A stretch of DNA of 64,000 nucleotides, taken from positions 1,235 to 65,234 of the forward strand of contig JAGGSH010000012.1 in assembly GCA_021159185.1 (NCBI GenBank). The letters are read 5' to 3'. Source of the DNA: a bacterium. GTDB lineage: Bacteria; Patescibacteriota; Minisyncoccia; Moranbacterales; UBA9337. A program made the translations under genes and the position numbers. Numbering within the stretch: position 1 is the stretch's first letter; every line of letters begins with the position of its first letter. The notes beneath the pieces were generated by a model. It was not told the DNA's origin. It did not search any database and saw only the letters and a list, made by a program, of their open reading frames with translations. This document shows positions 28,967 to 39,310 of the stretch, in pieces.

Positions 28967-29837
28967 TTATTTATTATTCTTGCCTTTCGCTCTTTTCAAC
29001 ACCTTCACCGCCCCCCGTTTCGCGTCTACTTCCACCAAATCGCCGTCGTGCAATATTTTAGTGGCGATCTTAGTGCCAATAATACAGGGTTTTTTTTAGT
29101 TCACGGGCGATAATAGCGGCATGGCAAGTGATACCGCCTTCGTCAGTGATGATGGCTCCGGCTTTTTTGATAACAGACATATATTCCGGCGTAGTCATAT
29201 GGGCAATCAATACATTATTCTTTTTCATTTTTTTAAAATCCTGGGACCCAAGGATGATTTTTGCTACTCCTTTAGCCATTCCTTGGGAAGCAACTTCGCC
29301 TTTGATTTTTTTCAATTTACCATTAGAGAAAGCGATTATTCTTTTACTTGAATTACGACTTCTTAAAAAATGCTGAGCCTTTCCATTATTTAAAAAATTT
29401 CCTCTTTCCCGTATTTTTAATTTTTTATTTGGGTTGTATTTATTATAAAGATTAACAAACCGCTCTTCGTCTAAATAATATTTTCCGCCAACAAACTTAT
29501 TCTTAAATTTCTTCACTTCATTATAGTATTTCTCCAACACAAGAAATAGCGCATCTTTTCTGCGCCAATCTAATTCCTTACTTTCAGAATCAACCAAAAT
29601 AAAAAAATCTACGAGTTTTAGCGGTTTTTCTAAAAGATGCAATCTTCGCTCAATTGCCTCTGGAGCGATCTTTTCACAATAAATTTTTCCGACAAAGTAC
29701 AAAATCGCTCTTGCTTCATTGAGAGCCTCCCAACTAGGCTTATCGCATATCTCTTGATATCTTTTCCAAAGGTAATTCATTCTTGATTTAACCCCTCGCA
29801 AATTCATCAGATATGTATATTTTAATAGTAATCGCAT
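28967..29837 (-). pseudogene. PEP-utilising swivel (phospho-His) domain protein with +1 frameshift in an A8 run
   Basis: TDEGGITCHAAIIAREL; removing one base at 29090-29097 restores KPCIIGTKIAT...GDLVEVDA to the stop at 28967. Confidence 0.75.
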
Positions 29838-29915
29838 ATTTTATAGATTGGTAATAATGTTTAAATTAAAACCCTATTAAACTCCATTGGAGCTTTTCAA
29901 CTACGGATAATTTTA

Positions 29916-30029
<114 letters not shown>

Positions 30030-30953
30030 TTACGCCGATTTTTCAGTTTCTTTTTTATGTAGCTCATTGTAAAACTTTGCAAGTTCATCAATTTTTTGCA
30101 TATCTAAATATGCATCACCGCCAAGTCTTTTTTGATTATCAAATCGCATTCGTACTTGCCCAAGCTTCCCGTTTCGGTCAGTTTTCAAAACAATATCAAA
30201 TCCTTCGGATGGTTTGAAATTTCCGCCTATTTCTTCCAATGTCGCGCCATGTACTTCATTGCTGTCTTTATCTTTCCAAATTACTGTTTCAGCAAGAAAC
30301 GGTTCAATCATCCCCGTGTGGCTACCAAGTGGAAATAAGAGTCTCTGGTTTGATTTTAACTTTTCTTGCATCATTTTTATATAGTGTTTCACCAAGACAG
30401 CGAGTGAACCGGCGATTTCCTTTCTTGTATCAACCGCGGCTTTGGTCTGTAAACTCATCAGATGTTCTACTGATTTTGCGTCTGCATATTCTGACACCTT
30501 TTTCTTTTCGTTATCTGACAAATCATCAAAACTCTTACCACTTTTTAATACATCACGAATATATTCATTTGCAAAATTTTCGTGTATTTTTAAGTAGTCA
30601 AATGGCATTTCTAAAACCATTGTTTCGTAATTCAAAACATCGCGTGGCCTTGTTCTGTATAATTCATCACCTGCGATTTCTTTACCAAAAATGTGTGCTG
30701 TTTCAAGCGATCTCTGCATTTCCAGCTCTTCGCCTTCCACCTTTGTTTTTGGTCCAGCAGTTGAACCAAACGCTTTTACCGCATTAAACTCTTCGTTTAC
30801 CAAATGACTTGTTTTTGCGATTTCTTTTGTTCTCTCTCTGCCATATTCTTCAAGTGTACCATCTAGGTTTCTGTCACCATGGCGCAACACATGCAAAACA
30901 AGCTCAACATTTGCGCCTTTTTCTTTTTCAATTTCATTTTCAAATCTTTCCAT
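30030..30953 (-). CDS. Histidine phosphatase superfamily protein
   Basis: LRHG motif, RSLETA, GSHTG. Confidence 0.7.
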   Translation of the reverse strand: MERFENEIEKEKGANVELVLHVLRHGDRNLDGTLEEYGRERTKEIAKTSHLVNEEFNAVKAFGSTAGPKTKVEGEELEMQRSLETAHIFGKEIAGDELYRTRPRDVLNYETMVLEMPFDYLKIHENFANEYIRDVLKSGKSFDDLSDNEKKKVSEYADAKSVEHLMSLQTKAAVDTRKEIAGSLAVLVKHYIKMMQEKLKSNQRLLFPLGSHTGMIEPFLAETVIWKDKDSNEVHGATLEEIGGNFKPSEGFDIVLKTDRNGKLGQVRMRFDNQKRLGGDAYLDMQKIDELAKFYNELHKKETEKSA

Positions 30954-30955
30954 AG

Positions 30956-33067
30956 TTATTTTTTAGATTTTTCTATGATACGCACAAAGCCCTCATTTGC
31001 ATTTACCTCAACCAAATCTCCGTCTTCCAAAACCTGCGTAGCATTTTTCGTACCAACTATGCATGGTTTTCTCAATTCGCGCGATACAATCGCTGCATGA
31101 CATATAATCCCACCCTCATCTGTGACAATTGCAGATGCTTTCTTGAGTAAGGGAATCATCTGGGGATTTGTCATGCCTGTCACCAACACATCGCCGTTCC
31201 TCACATTTGTTGTATTAGTCCATGATAAATGAGTTACAACACGACCTTTCGCAATACCAGAAAATGCGACATCGCCAATCACTTCGCTATTGTGTATTCT
31301 TTGCATCTTATCTTTCCAGTATGCGTATTGCTCGCCAGTATACAAATTCCATTCATTATTCTCTTTTACAAATACACTTCCTTTTAGTCTTTCTTTGAGT
31401 TCGTCGATGGTTATCGTTAGTTCTCCATGTAATGCTTTTTCAAATTCACTCACACGCATTGCCCCAACAATTTCCATAGGCAAATTGTGTTTTCTGGAAA
31501 CATATTTTAAGAAAATATCGTCCGTAAAAAATTTCTCTGAATCTCCATGGAGTCGCAATTTCATTTTTCCCATTTCAATAAGTCGTTCAACATATTTTTT
31601 AGTTTTAGCATCTGGTAATTTATCAAAAGAGTTATGTGTTAAAATTTCAATTAGTCTCTCTTTGGAAATTGTTTTCAGAATTTCTTGCTCTAATGCCTGT
31701 TGAAATGGCTGCTCGTAAAATCTGTATAGCTCACAAAATTTATCATTCAAAAGCATTGATTTTTTCCATTCCTCATTAAGATTTTTTTCATCCAAATGAT
31801 CTAGGCTGTAAAACTTCAAATCTTTATCTAATTTTTTTGACTCTACAAGAAATTTATGATAAAAATCATCATTTAAAAGCGAAGTGCTAATCTTATAACA
31901 TTCTTTTGCGCCTTTTGGAGATAAATATGCACGAGTAACGTCATTTTCATATAAAACAACATGATCAGCAGCACCATAAGTTTCGTTATTATTAAAAATC
32001 ATGTCTAAAAACAAAATACTGAACCCTGATACTGTAAAATGTAGTTCATAATCTTTTTCTGCATTCTCATTCTTTCTGGGTTTTGTAGTTTTGAGTGTCG
32101 TAATCGGCCTGCTTTGAACTATATAGAATTTCCCGTCAGCATAAGCCCATTCAATATCCTGCGGTTTTTTGTAGTGCTTTTCTATCCGCAAGCAAATTTC
32201 CGCTAGTTCAATAATTTGCTTTCCGGTTAATTTTTGTTTTTCTTGCTGGCTTTTTGCAACCGGAGCCCATCTTACGCCCTTCCGCAAGCATTTTGTAATC
32301 TGCTTTTTCTGTTCAGTTATGTTAATATCTATCATTGACCAATCGCGTTTATCAATAACATAAGCGTCCGGCGTGATTGATCCCGATACGATGGCTTCGC
32401 CTAGGCCCCAACCGGCTTCAATAATCATTTGATTTTTATCCTGCGTAACAGGATGAACCGTAAAAACAATGCCCGAAATTTCTGACGCGATCATTTCCTG
32501 AATAACAACCGCTACACTAACATTGGCCTTTAATAAATCTTTTTCACGGCGATAAAAAATCGCCCGCGAAGTGAATAGGGACGACCAGCATTTTTTTACA
32601 TTTTCCAATAACGTTTCTCTTGTGGTGTTTAAATAACTTTCCAGTTCTCCCGCCCAAGAGGCTACTTCGCTGTCTTCAGCGGTAGCACTGCTTCTAACAG
32701 CTGTAAAAAATTGTCCTTTTGGCTCCGCGGTTTTGAATTTTAATCTTTGAGTCTTAAGATTTAAAAACTCTGAAACTATTTCCTTCTCTAAATCTCTAGG
32801 CATTTTCGCGTCACAAATCAAATCCCGAATAACATTGGAAGCCCTGTCAACAGAATGCGTATCATTATAATTAATCTCATTAAGACGAGCTTCAATGTCT
32901 TGCGTCAAATCTGTCTCCTCAAGAAACCTGTCAAAAGCTTTGGCTAAAACAACAAATCCCGGCGGGACAGGAATTTTATTATTTACCATTTCGCCAAGCG
33001 AAGCGCCTTTGCCTCCGGCAGCCAGAATATCCTTTTTTGTAAGCTGTTTAAAACTTTTCGTAAACAT
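30956..33067 (-). CDS. PEP synthase/PPDK-like ATP-grasp domain fused to an unknown domain and a phospho-His swivel domain
   Basis: [30 protein letters not shown]; C-terminal TDEGGIICHAAIVSRE. Confidence 0.88.
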   Translation of the reverse strand: MFTKSFKQLTKKDILAAGGKGASLGEMVNNKIPVPPGFVVLAKAFDRFLEETDLTQDIEARLNEINYNDTHSVDRASNVIRDLICDAKMPRDLEKEIVSEFLNLKTQRLKFKTAEPKGQFFTAVRSSATAEDSEVASWAGELESYLNTTRETLLENVKKCWSSLFTSRAIFYRREKDLLKANVSVAVVIQEMIASEISGIVFTVHPVTQDKNQMIIEAGWGLGEAIVSGSITPDAYVIDKRDWSMIDINITEQKKQITKCLRKGVRWAPVAKSQQEKQKLTGKQIIELAEICLRIEKHYKKPQDIEWAYADGKFYIVQSRPITTLKTTKPRKNENAEKDYELHFTVSGFSILFLDMIFNNNETYGAADHVVLYENDVTRAYLSPKGAKECYKISTSLLNDDFYHKFLVESKKLDKDLKFYSLDHLDEKNLNEEWKKSMLLNDKFCELYRFYEQPFQQALEQEILKTISKERLIEILTHNSFDKLPDAKTKKYVERLIEMGKMKLRLHGDSEKFFTDDIFLKYVSRKHNLPMEIVGAMRVSEFEKALHGELTITIDELKERLKGSVFVKENNEWNLYTGEQYAYWKDKMQRIHNSEVIGDVAFSGIAKGRVVTHLSWTNTTNVRNGDVLVTGMTNPQMIPLLKKASAIVTDEGGIICHAAIVSRELRKPCIVGTKNATQVLEDGDLVEVNANEGFVRIIEKSKK
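32097..32195. repeat. 99-bp exact direct repeat copy 2 (inside CDS)
   Basis: Identical to 29920-30018. Confidence 0.95.
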
Positions 33068-33087
33068 AAAACTCTTAAAAATAATAT

Positions 33088-33984
33088 TCAAAAAATTTTG
33101 TCCAATATCCCATCCAGTTCTTCTTCTGAATAATAATCAATTATGATTTTTCCGCCATCGCCGGATTTTTTTATTTTCACTTTTGTCCCCAAAGCTCCCA
33201 TTAATTTATTCTCCAACTCTTTTATTTCGGGATCAACATTTATTTTTCGGCGATGGGATTTGACAGAGACTTCCTTAGTTTTATCTTCAGCTTGGCGGAC
33301 AGTCAGATTGCTTTTCAGTATCAGGCTCAGCAAGACTCTTTGCTTCTCGCTATTGCTAAGCGCTAAAATCGCTTTAGCGTGCCCTTCGGTAATATTTTCT
33401 TCCGCTAAAGCTCTTTGGACTTCCGCCGGCAATTTAAGCAAGCGCGTTTTATTGGCAATAGCGCTGCGGCTCTTTCCTATTTTATGGGCTATTTCTTCTT
33501 GGCTCATTTGAAAATCATCTGCCATCCGCTGATAAGCGCTCGCCTCTTCAATCGGATTAAGGTTATGGCGCTGGACATTTTCCGCTAGCGCTAATTCCAA
33601 CTTTTCTTTTTCTTTTATCTCTCTGGCAACTGCCGGCACTTTTTTCAGTCCGGCTATTTTAGCCGCCTGCAGCCTTCTCTCTCCCGCGATAAGCTCAAAT
33701 TGGGAACCGCTTCGGCTAACTACTAAAGGCTGAATAATCCCATGGCTTTTAATTGACTGGGAAAGCTCTTCTAACTTCTTTTCATCAAATTTCACTCTAG
33801 GCTGATATGGATTGGCGGCGATTTTATCTATTTCTATTTCCAGCGCTTGGCCATTATCATTCGGCGCTTCCTCGCCTAATTTTATTTTTTTCCGTTTTTG
33901 GGAAAATTCAACAGTGGCGTTTTTTTTATTTTTTTGGGGAATTAGAGAAGCTAGTCCTCTCCCCAATCCATAATTTTGCGGCAT
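33088..33984 (-). CDS. parB: ParB/Spo0J partition protein
   Basis: GLGRGL, NPYQPR, IAGERR, ENVQR. Confidence 0.96.
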   Translation of the reverse strand: MPQNYGLGRGLASLIPQKNKKNATVEFSQKRKKIKLGEEAPNDNGQALEIEIDKIAANPYQPRVKFDEKKLEELSQSIKSHGIIQPLVVSRSGSQFELIAGERRLQAAKIAGLKKVPAVAREIKEKEKLELALAENVQRHNLNPIEEASAYQRMADDFQMSQEEIAHKIGKSRSAIANKTRLLKLPAEVQRALAEENITEGHAKAILALSNSEKQRVLLSLILKSNLTVRQAEDKTKEVSVKSHRRKINVDPEIKELENKLMGALGTKVKIKKSGDGGKIIIDYYSEEELDGILDKIF

Positions 33985-34022
33985 AAGATTTGTAAGATTA
34001 GTTTAATTTAAAACTCTTTTTT

Positions 34023-34372
34023 GTCATTCCCGTCCTTCTCTATGTCATTCCCGCGAAAGCGGCCTGCCTGCCGGCGAGGCAGGGAATCCAGAGTAATTAT
34101 TTAAACTAGCGATTGCATCCTAGATTCCCAATCAAGTCGGGAATGACATAAAGGTATACCGAATCCCAGTATCCCTTTCTATCGCCAGGCAATCCAGTCC
34201 GCCGCGGCGGACAGGATTGCCTGGCGGCGGGCAGGGATAAGAAATCGCGAATGCAATAATATAAACAGCTGACTTAAACGCTCTTGCGATCTGACTCTGG
34301 ATTCCAGACATTTTTTCTTCCACTTTCCGCCAAAGGCAGACAAACGTTACAGAAAAAATTCTGGAATGGCAA
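34023..34372. repeat. Cluster of family A elements with nested palindromes
   Basis: GTCATTCCC...GGGAATGAC at 34023-34147, gtccgccgcggcggac hairpin, and a further GATTCCAG...CTGGAATGGC arm. Confidence 0.8.
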
Positions 34373-34420
34373 GTGGAAATAATTGGCAAAAATTGTAAAC
34401 AACGCTGGACGATCTAACAT

Positions 34421-35206
34421 TTAAATCGTAAACTTCTTGTTCTCCCCTTCCATTCTTAATATCTCTTTCGCCAGATTTTTATACGCTCTGGCTCCTTTAG
34501 AAAAAGCGTCAAAATGCAGAATTGATTTGCCGAAACCGGGAGCTTCCGCCAATCTAACGGTACGGGGAATAATACTGTCAAAAACATAACCGGGAAAATG
34601 ATCGCGAACTTCCCGCACCACCTGCCGCGCCAGCCTGTTCCTTCTGTCATACATCGTCATAAGCGCTCCCATAACTTTAAGTTCCGGCTGTAAATTCTCC
34701 CTAACTAAATTTATCGTTTCCAAAAGCTGGCTTAATCCTTCCAGCGCGTAGTACTCGGCCTGGACTGGAATAATAACTTCATCGCTGGCTGTTAGGCCGT
34801 TTATAGTCAATAATCCCAAACTAGGCGGGCTGTCAATAATAATATAATCGTAATCCGTTCTGATCTGGCGGAGAACCTCGTATAATCTAAACTCCCGATT
34901 GTCCAAATGGACTATTTCCACTCCCGCGCCGGCTAAATCCTGGGAAGATGGAATAATATCACAATTAAAATTTTCAATTTTGGTAATTACATCTTGGGGA
35001 TGTTCTCCTGAAATCATTGCCTGATAAAGACTCTTCTTCAAATTTCTAGTGTCAATTCCCAGTCCGGACGAAGCGTTGCCCTGCGGATCCAAATCAACTA
35101 ATAAAACAAACTTTCCGGCATCCGCCAGATAAGTGACCAGATTTATAGCCGAAGTGGTTTTGCCCACTCCCCCTTTTTGGTTGATGAGTGAAATAATCTT
35201 CGCCAT
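34421..35206 (-). CDS. parA: ParA/Soj ATPase
   Basis: NQKGGVGKTT, DLDPQGN, DSPPSLG. Confidence 0.96.
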   Translation of the reverse strand: MAKIISLINQKGGVGKTTSAINLVTYLADAGKFVLLVDLDPQGNASSGLGIDTRNLKKSLYQAMISGEHPQDVITKIENFNCDIIPSSQDLAGAGVEIVHLDNREFRLYEVLRQIRTDYDYIIIDSPPSLGLLTINGLTASDEVIIPVQAEYYALEGLSQLLETINLVRENLQPELKVMGALMTMYDRRNRLARQVVREVRDHFPGYVFDSIIPRTVRLAEAPGFGKSILHFDAFSKGARAYKNLAKEILRMEGENKKFTI

Positions 35207-35225
35207 ATGGCTTAATTATACTACA

Positions 35226-35254
35226 TTGACAGATGACTTTCAATTTTCTATTCT
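35226..35254 (+). promoter_or_regulatory. Sigma70-like tRNA promoter
   Basis: TTGACA-N17-TATTCT, 8 nt before the tRNA. Confidence 0.6.
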
Positions 35255-35262
35255 TAATTTAT

Positions 35263-35346
35263 GCCCGAGTGGCGGAATTGGCAGACGCGCTGGACTCAAA
35301 ATCCAGTGATGGCAACATCATGAGAGTTCAAGTCTCTCCTCGGGCA
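35263..35346 (+). tRNA. tRNA-Leu(CAA), CCA not encoded
   Basis: GCCCGAG/CTCGGGC acceptor, CTGGA-CTCAAAA-TCCAG, long variable arm. Confidence 0.95.
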
Positions 35347-35486
35347 CAAAGCAACAGCTAGATGGTTTTTGCGATTTGTTCAAGCCTTCAAGTCCTGGGT
35401 ATAAATTGCAAATCCTGTCGAATGACAGGGCAACTCCCGCCATCGGCACAATAAATATCATATCGTGCCATTCGCGTTAATTCGCT

Positions 35487-36389
35487 TTAAATTCGCTCTC
35501 TATTCGCGAGTATATAAACATTTTCCAATAAGCAAGCCACTGTCACCGGACCTACTCCGCCGGGAACGGGAGAAATATATCCGGCAATATTTTTCACTGA
35601 TCCCGCATTAACATCTCCCAAAACTTTTTTTCCTCTCTTGGTTACTCCGCCGTCAATAATAATGGCTCCTTTTTTTATTATTCCGCCCTTAATCAAGCTG
35701 GGAATTCCGCAAGCAGAAATAATAATATCCGCTTTTTTTATTTCGCCTATTACCCCCTTCTCCCTCTGGAAAGAAGCCTGCCTGTCGGCAAACAGGGCGC
35801 TTGAAGAGCGGATGAAGGTATCAGCCAAAAAATACCGCGATTTCATATTCTTCCTTCTTAAAGCCTTTGCCATAATCTCTCCGAATTTTTCAGAGTTAGC
35901 TATTATCACCGCTTTTTTGCCGCTAAGCTTAACGCCGGCGCTTTCAATCATTTTAATTATGGCTCTAGGAAAAACCGGCCAGACTTTTTCTTTGTTTTTA
36001 AAAAATAATTTGACATTTTCCGAATGAAATCCATCCGCGTCTTTTCGCGGATCTATGGAATTTATAATTTTTCGCGTGTCTAATCCTTCCGGCAATGGAA
36101 GCTGGACAATCATTCCTGAAACTTTCTCATCAACATTTAACTCTTTTATTTTTTTAATCACCCTATTTTCCAAATCATTCCTATCCCCCCTATCGTCAAA
36201 CTCGTATTCAAAAAAATTTATTCCTGCTTTCTCCGCCGCTTTATTTTTCAACCGCGTGTAAATTCTTGACGCCTCATCCTCTCCAACTAAAATAACCGCC
36301 AGACCAATGCCCAGCTTTTCTTTTTCTATTTTAAGTTTAATATTCCTTAAAATTTCATCCGCGATTTTTTTTCCTTTTAAAAACTTCAT
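35487..36389 (-). CDS. folD: Bifunctional methylene-THF dehydrogenase/cyclohydrolase
   Basis: IVQLPLP, KDADGFH, PVPGGVGPVT. Confidence 0.93.
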   Translation of the reverse strand: MKFLKGKKIADEILRNIKLKIEKEKLGIGLAVILVGEDEASRIYTRLKNKAAEKAGINFFEYEFDDRGDRNDLENRVIKKIKELNVDEKVSGMIVQLPLPEGLDTRKIINSIDPRKDADGFHSENVKLFFKNKEKVWPVFPRAIIKMIESAGVKLSGKKAVIIANSEKFGEIMAKALRRKNMKSRYFLADTFIRSSSALFADRQASFQREKGVIGEIKKADIIISACGIPSLIKGGIIKKGAIIIDGGVTKRGKKVLGDVNAGSVKNIAGYISPVPGGVGPVTVACLLENVYILANRERI

Positions 36390-36470
36390 AAAAGAAATTA
36401 ACAGCAATAGAGTCGCGCGTTCAGCTTCCAAAGGGAGAGAATTAACCAATTACTAGTTACTAGTACTGTT

Positions 36471-37703
36471 TTACTTATACCTCAACGCATCCAAAGGATC
36501 TATTCTGCTGGCGCGTCTGGCCGGAACAATACCGGTAGCGATTCCAACCAGTCCCGCGAAAATTATAATAGTTAGAATGAACCAATAAGGAATAAAAAAT
36601 AAATCAACTGATTCACCGCCAAAACGGCTGGCAATCGCGTTAACGCCTATATTAAACAATTCTCCGCCCAAGAATCCAATAAGTACGCCTACTACTCCGC
36701 CCAATAATCCCATTATAGCGGCTTCCATAACAAACATTAATGATATGGCTAAATTGGAAGCTCCGATTGATTTCATAATTCCGATTTCTTCCGTTCGTTC
36801 CAAAAGCGCGATAGTCATAGTATTAAACATACCAATAGCGCTAACTACCAAGGCAATTATGCCGAAAATCATCAAGACAATTTGGACAACTTTAAAAACT
36901 TTATTGGCTTGGTCTACTGTTTCTGAAAGAGAAGATACTTGCAATTCTTTGTTTAATAATTTTTCTCTAACAATTTCCATTTTATCATTAGACACGGATT
37001 TGACTTTGACTTGATCGTATCTGTTTATCTTTAAGTATTTCAAGGAATTGGAATTTACATACGCCGCGCTGGAATCTTTTTTTATAACACCCACTATTTT
37101 ATATTTGGTGTCCGGCGCGATTTTTTCAAAATCATCTCGAGACTTACTTTTCAAGTCTGTATCTTTTTTTTCATTGCCAGTTTTATCCGATTTGGGAACA
37201 TAAAAAACAAAAGCTATTTCTTCACCAATCAACTCCTTGCCTTCTTTTCCAAAAATGTCGGCTAAGGCCGATGTTATAACTACTCCTTTTTCATCCTCAT
37301 CATTTATGGACTCTCCCTCTTCAACAATAATGCCTCCCAATCTGAAAAAAGACGGTTCTGCCGCAATAACAGACATATCTACGAAAATGTCTCCCAGACT
37401 TCCCCGCGAAATAATTTGGGAAGAGGCGCTTACTTCTTCCACTTCTTCCATCCTATCAATTTCGGAAATCGTTTTATTATTTAAAACTGTATTCCCGGAT
37501 TTTTTTTTCGCCACATCCAAAGTCAAAAGCGATTCGGAAGTGGTAATTTTTTCCAACAAAGTTTTTTGCAATCCGTATCCAAAAGAAACTAAAAACAGAA
37601 TAGCTCCGATTCCTATGCTCATTCCCAGAATAGTAAGCAGCGTTCGCGAAGTTCTCGCTTTAAACATTCTTATTGACAATTTGAATATATCTATAAGTCT
37701 CAT
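36471..37703 (-). CDS. MacB/FtsX-type ABC transporter permease
   Basis: RTLLTILG, ERTEEIGIMKSIGA, PARRASRIDPLDALRY. Confidence 0.92.
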   Translation of the reverse strand: MRLIDIFKLSIRMFKARTSRTLLTILGMSIGIGAILFLVSFGYGLQKTLLEKITTSESLLTLDVAKKKSGNTVLNNKTISEIDRMEEVEEVSASSQIISRGSLGDIFVDMSVIAAEPSFFRLGGIIVEEGESINDEDEKGVVITSALADIFGKEGKELIGEEIAFVFYVPKSDKTGNEKKDTDLKSKSRDDFEKIAPDTKYKIVGVIKKDSSAAYVNSNSLKYLKINRYDQVKVKSVSNDKMEIVREKLLNKELQVSSLSETVDQANKVFKVVQIVLMIFGIIALVVSAIGMFNTMTIALLERTEEIGIMKSIGASNLAISLMFVMEAAIMGLLGGVVGVLIGFLGGELFNIGVNAIASRFGGESVDLFFIPYWFILTIIIFAGLVGIATGIVPARRASRIDPLDALRYK

Positions 37704-37926
37704 ATGGATTATTGTCAGTTTATTATGCAACTTTCATGCTTGGAGGAAAACAAATAAAATATATTTTCTACTCAGCCATAACTACATCTTTAATATGCCG
37801 CGTGAATATAGCTAATATATTTTTAAACAAAGTTTTTTAACCTTATAAAAAAGCCTTTGGAGAAAAATATATTTTATTTGTTTTTTGGAAAAATTTTTTA
37901 AACGCGAAAATTTTGATGCTATTATG

Positions 37927-39246
37927 CTAAGTTGAATATCCCAAAAGCATTATGACTTCTGTTTCCATAGCTATTTTTTCAGCCGTGCTTTTATGAAATC
38001 CCAATCCTCCTAAAAATATTGGATCGTCCAACTTCTTTTGAAGATTTGATCGATCTGTTTTATTCTCAATTCTAAGCCTTAACAATGACTCAAATCGCAT
38101 TCTTAGGCTGTCACTTAATTTAATGTCAAAAGTATTTATTAAATAATCCATAAGTGAAACAGGAGCTATTTCTGGATTACTTTTGACTATTTCCGCTTGC
38201 TCAAACATCAATCGCGCCTTCCTGGTAAATGACTCCGCTCTTTGCTTGTTCCAATTAGCTCCGCCTTTTTCAAAATCGGCATCCAATTTTTTCTCCAAAG
38301 TTTTCGTGTTAAAATTCTTAAACAGGAATTCTCTCAATAAATTTTCCGCCGCGCTTAATTGCTCATTGGTAATTTGCGATAAAATATAATGCAACAGCTG
38401 CTTTGATTTAAATGGGACAAGCAACGCTCCCGTTTGCTGAGCGGAAAGGTTTTTGAAAGTCCTCATTAAAATTCCCAGCTCTTTTGAGACTGCAGGCTCT
38501 TCACCGATAAAAATTTCTTTCCTGATAATCTTCTTGGGTCTTTTGTCTATATTCACATCTTCCTTGATAATTTTTCCATCTTTCATATGAAGCACCCGGT
38601 CAGCGTAGTGAAGATGATCAGGATTATGGGTCACTAAAATAATTGTCTTTTTATCAGTTTCATTCAGCTCTTTTAATATTTTCATTACATTTTCCGAGGA
38701 CTCACTATCCAAATTCCCCACCGGCTCATCCGCTAAAATCACTTGGGGATCATTAGCCAGCGCCCGCGCGATTGCCACTCTCTGTTTTTGCCCCCCTGAA
38801 AGCTGGCTGGGAAACTTCTCAAACTGTTCGCTAATACTGAAACGCTGAAGCAATTTCATCCCTTCTTTGTTTCGTAATTTTCTTTTTTCCCCGCGAAATG
38901 ATTTAGGAATACAGACATTATCTATGACATTTAAAGATGGGATGAGATGAAAAGATTGAAAAATCATTCCCGTTCCGACCTGATGAAGAGCCACCTTATC
39001 CTTATTGCTCATTTGGGATATTTTTTTATCTTCTATGGTGACCTCGCCATAAGTCGGAGCTTGAAGTCCCGCGATAGAGTACAGCAGGGTTGATTTGCCG
39101 CAACCGGAGGGACCGTAAATTATAATATACTCATGAGAATATATATCTAAATTTATATCTTCCAAGGAACGAACTTCATTGGATTCTCCCTGATTATAAA
39201 TAACCCGAAGATTTTGGACTTCAATAATTGGCTGATTTTTTTTCAT
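37927..39246 (-). CDS. ABC transporter ATP-binding protein with C-terminal extension
   Basis: [20 protein letters not shown], plus ~200 extra residues. Confidence 0.92.
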   Translation of the reverse strand: MKKNQPIIEVQNLRVIYNQGESNEVRSLEDINLDIYSHEYIIIYGPSGCGKSTLLYSIAGLQAPTYGEVTIEDKKISQMSNKDKVALHQVGTGMIFQSFHLIPSLNVIDNVCIPKSFRGEKRKLRNKEGMKLLQRFSISEQFEKFPSQLSGGQKQRVAIARALANDPQVILADEPVGNLDSESSENVMKILKELNETDKKTIILVTHNPDHLHYADRVLHMKDGKIIKEDVNIDKRPKKIIRKEIFIGEEPAVSKELGILMRTFKNLSAQQTGALLVPFKSKQLLHYILSQITNEQLSAAENLLREFLFKNFNTKTLEKKLDADFEKGGANWNKQRAESFTRKARLMFEQAEIVKSNPEIAPVSLMDYLINTFDIKLSDSLRMRFESLLRLRIENKTDRSNLQKKLDDPIFLGGLGFHKSTAEKIAMETEVIMLLGYST

Positions 39247-39310
39247 TTCTATTTTTTATTTACGCATTTTCTATACAATTATTATAGCACGATTTTTACA
39301 ATCAAATAAA

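Noticed and set aside
34132-34389. 85-aa ORF between parA and parB
   Set aside because: It lies entirely over palindromic repeats and has no protein-like features
37747-37884. ~23-bp AT-rich inverted repeat between the ABC transporter genes as a MITE
   Set aside because: Single copy, low complexity, no target duplication seen; insufficient support
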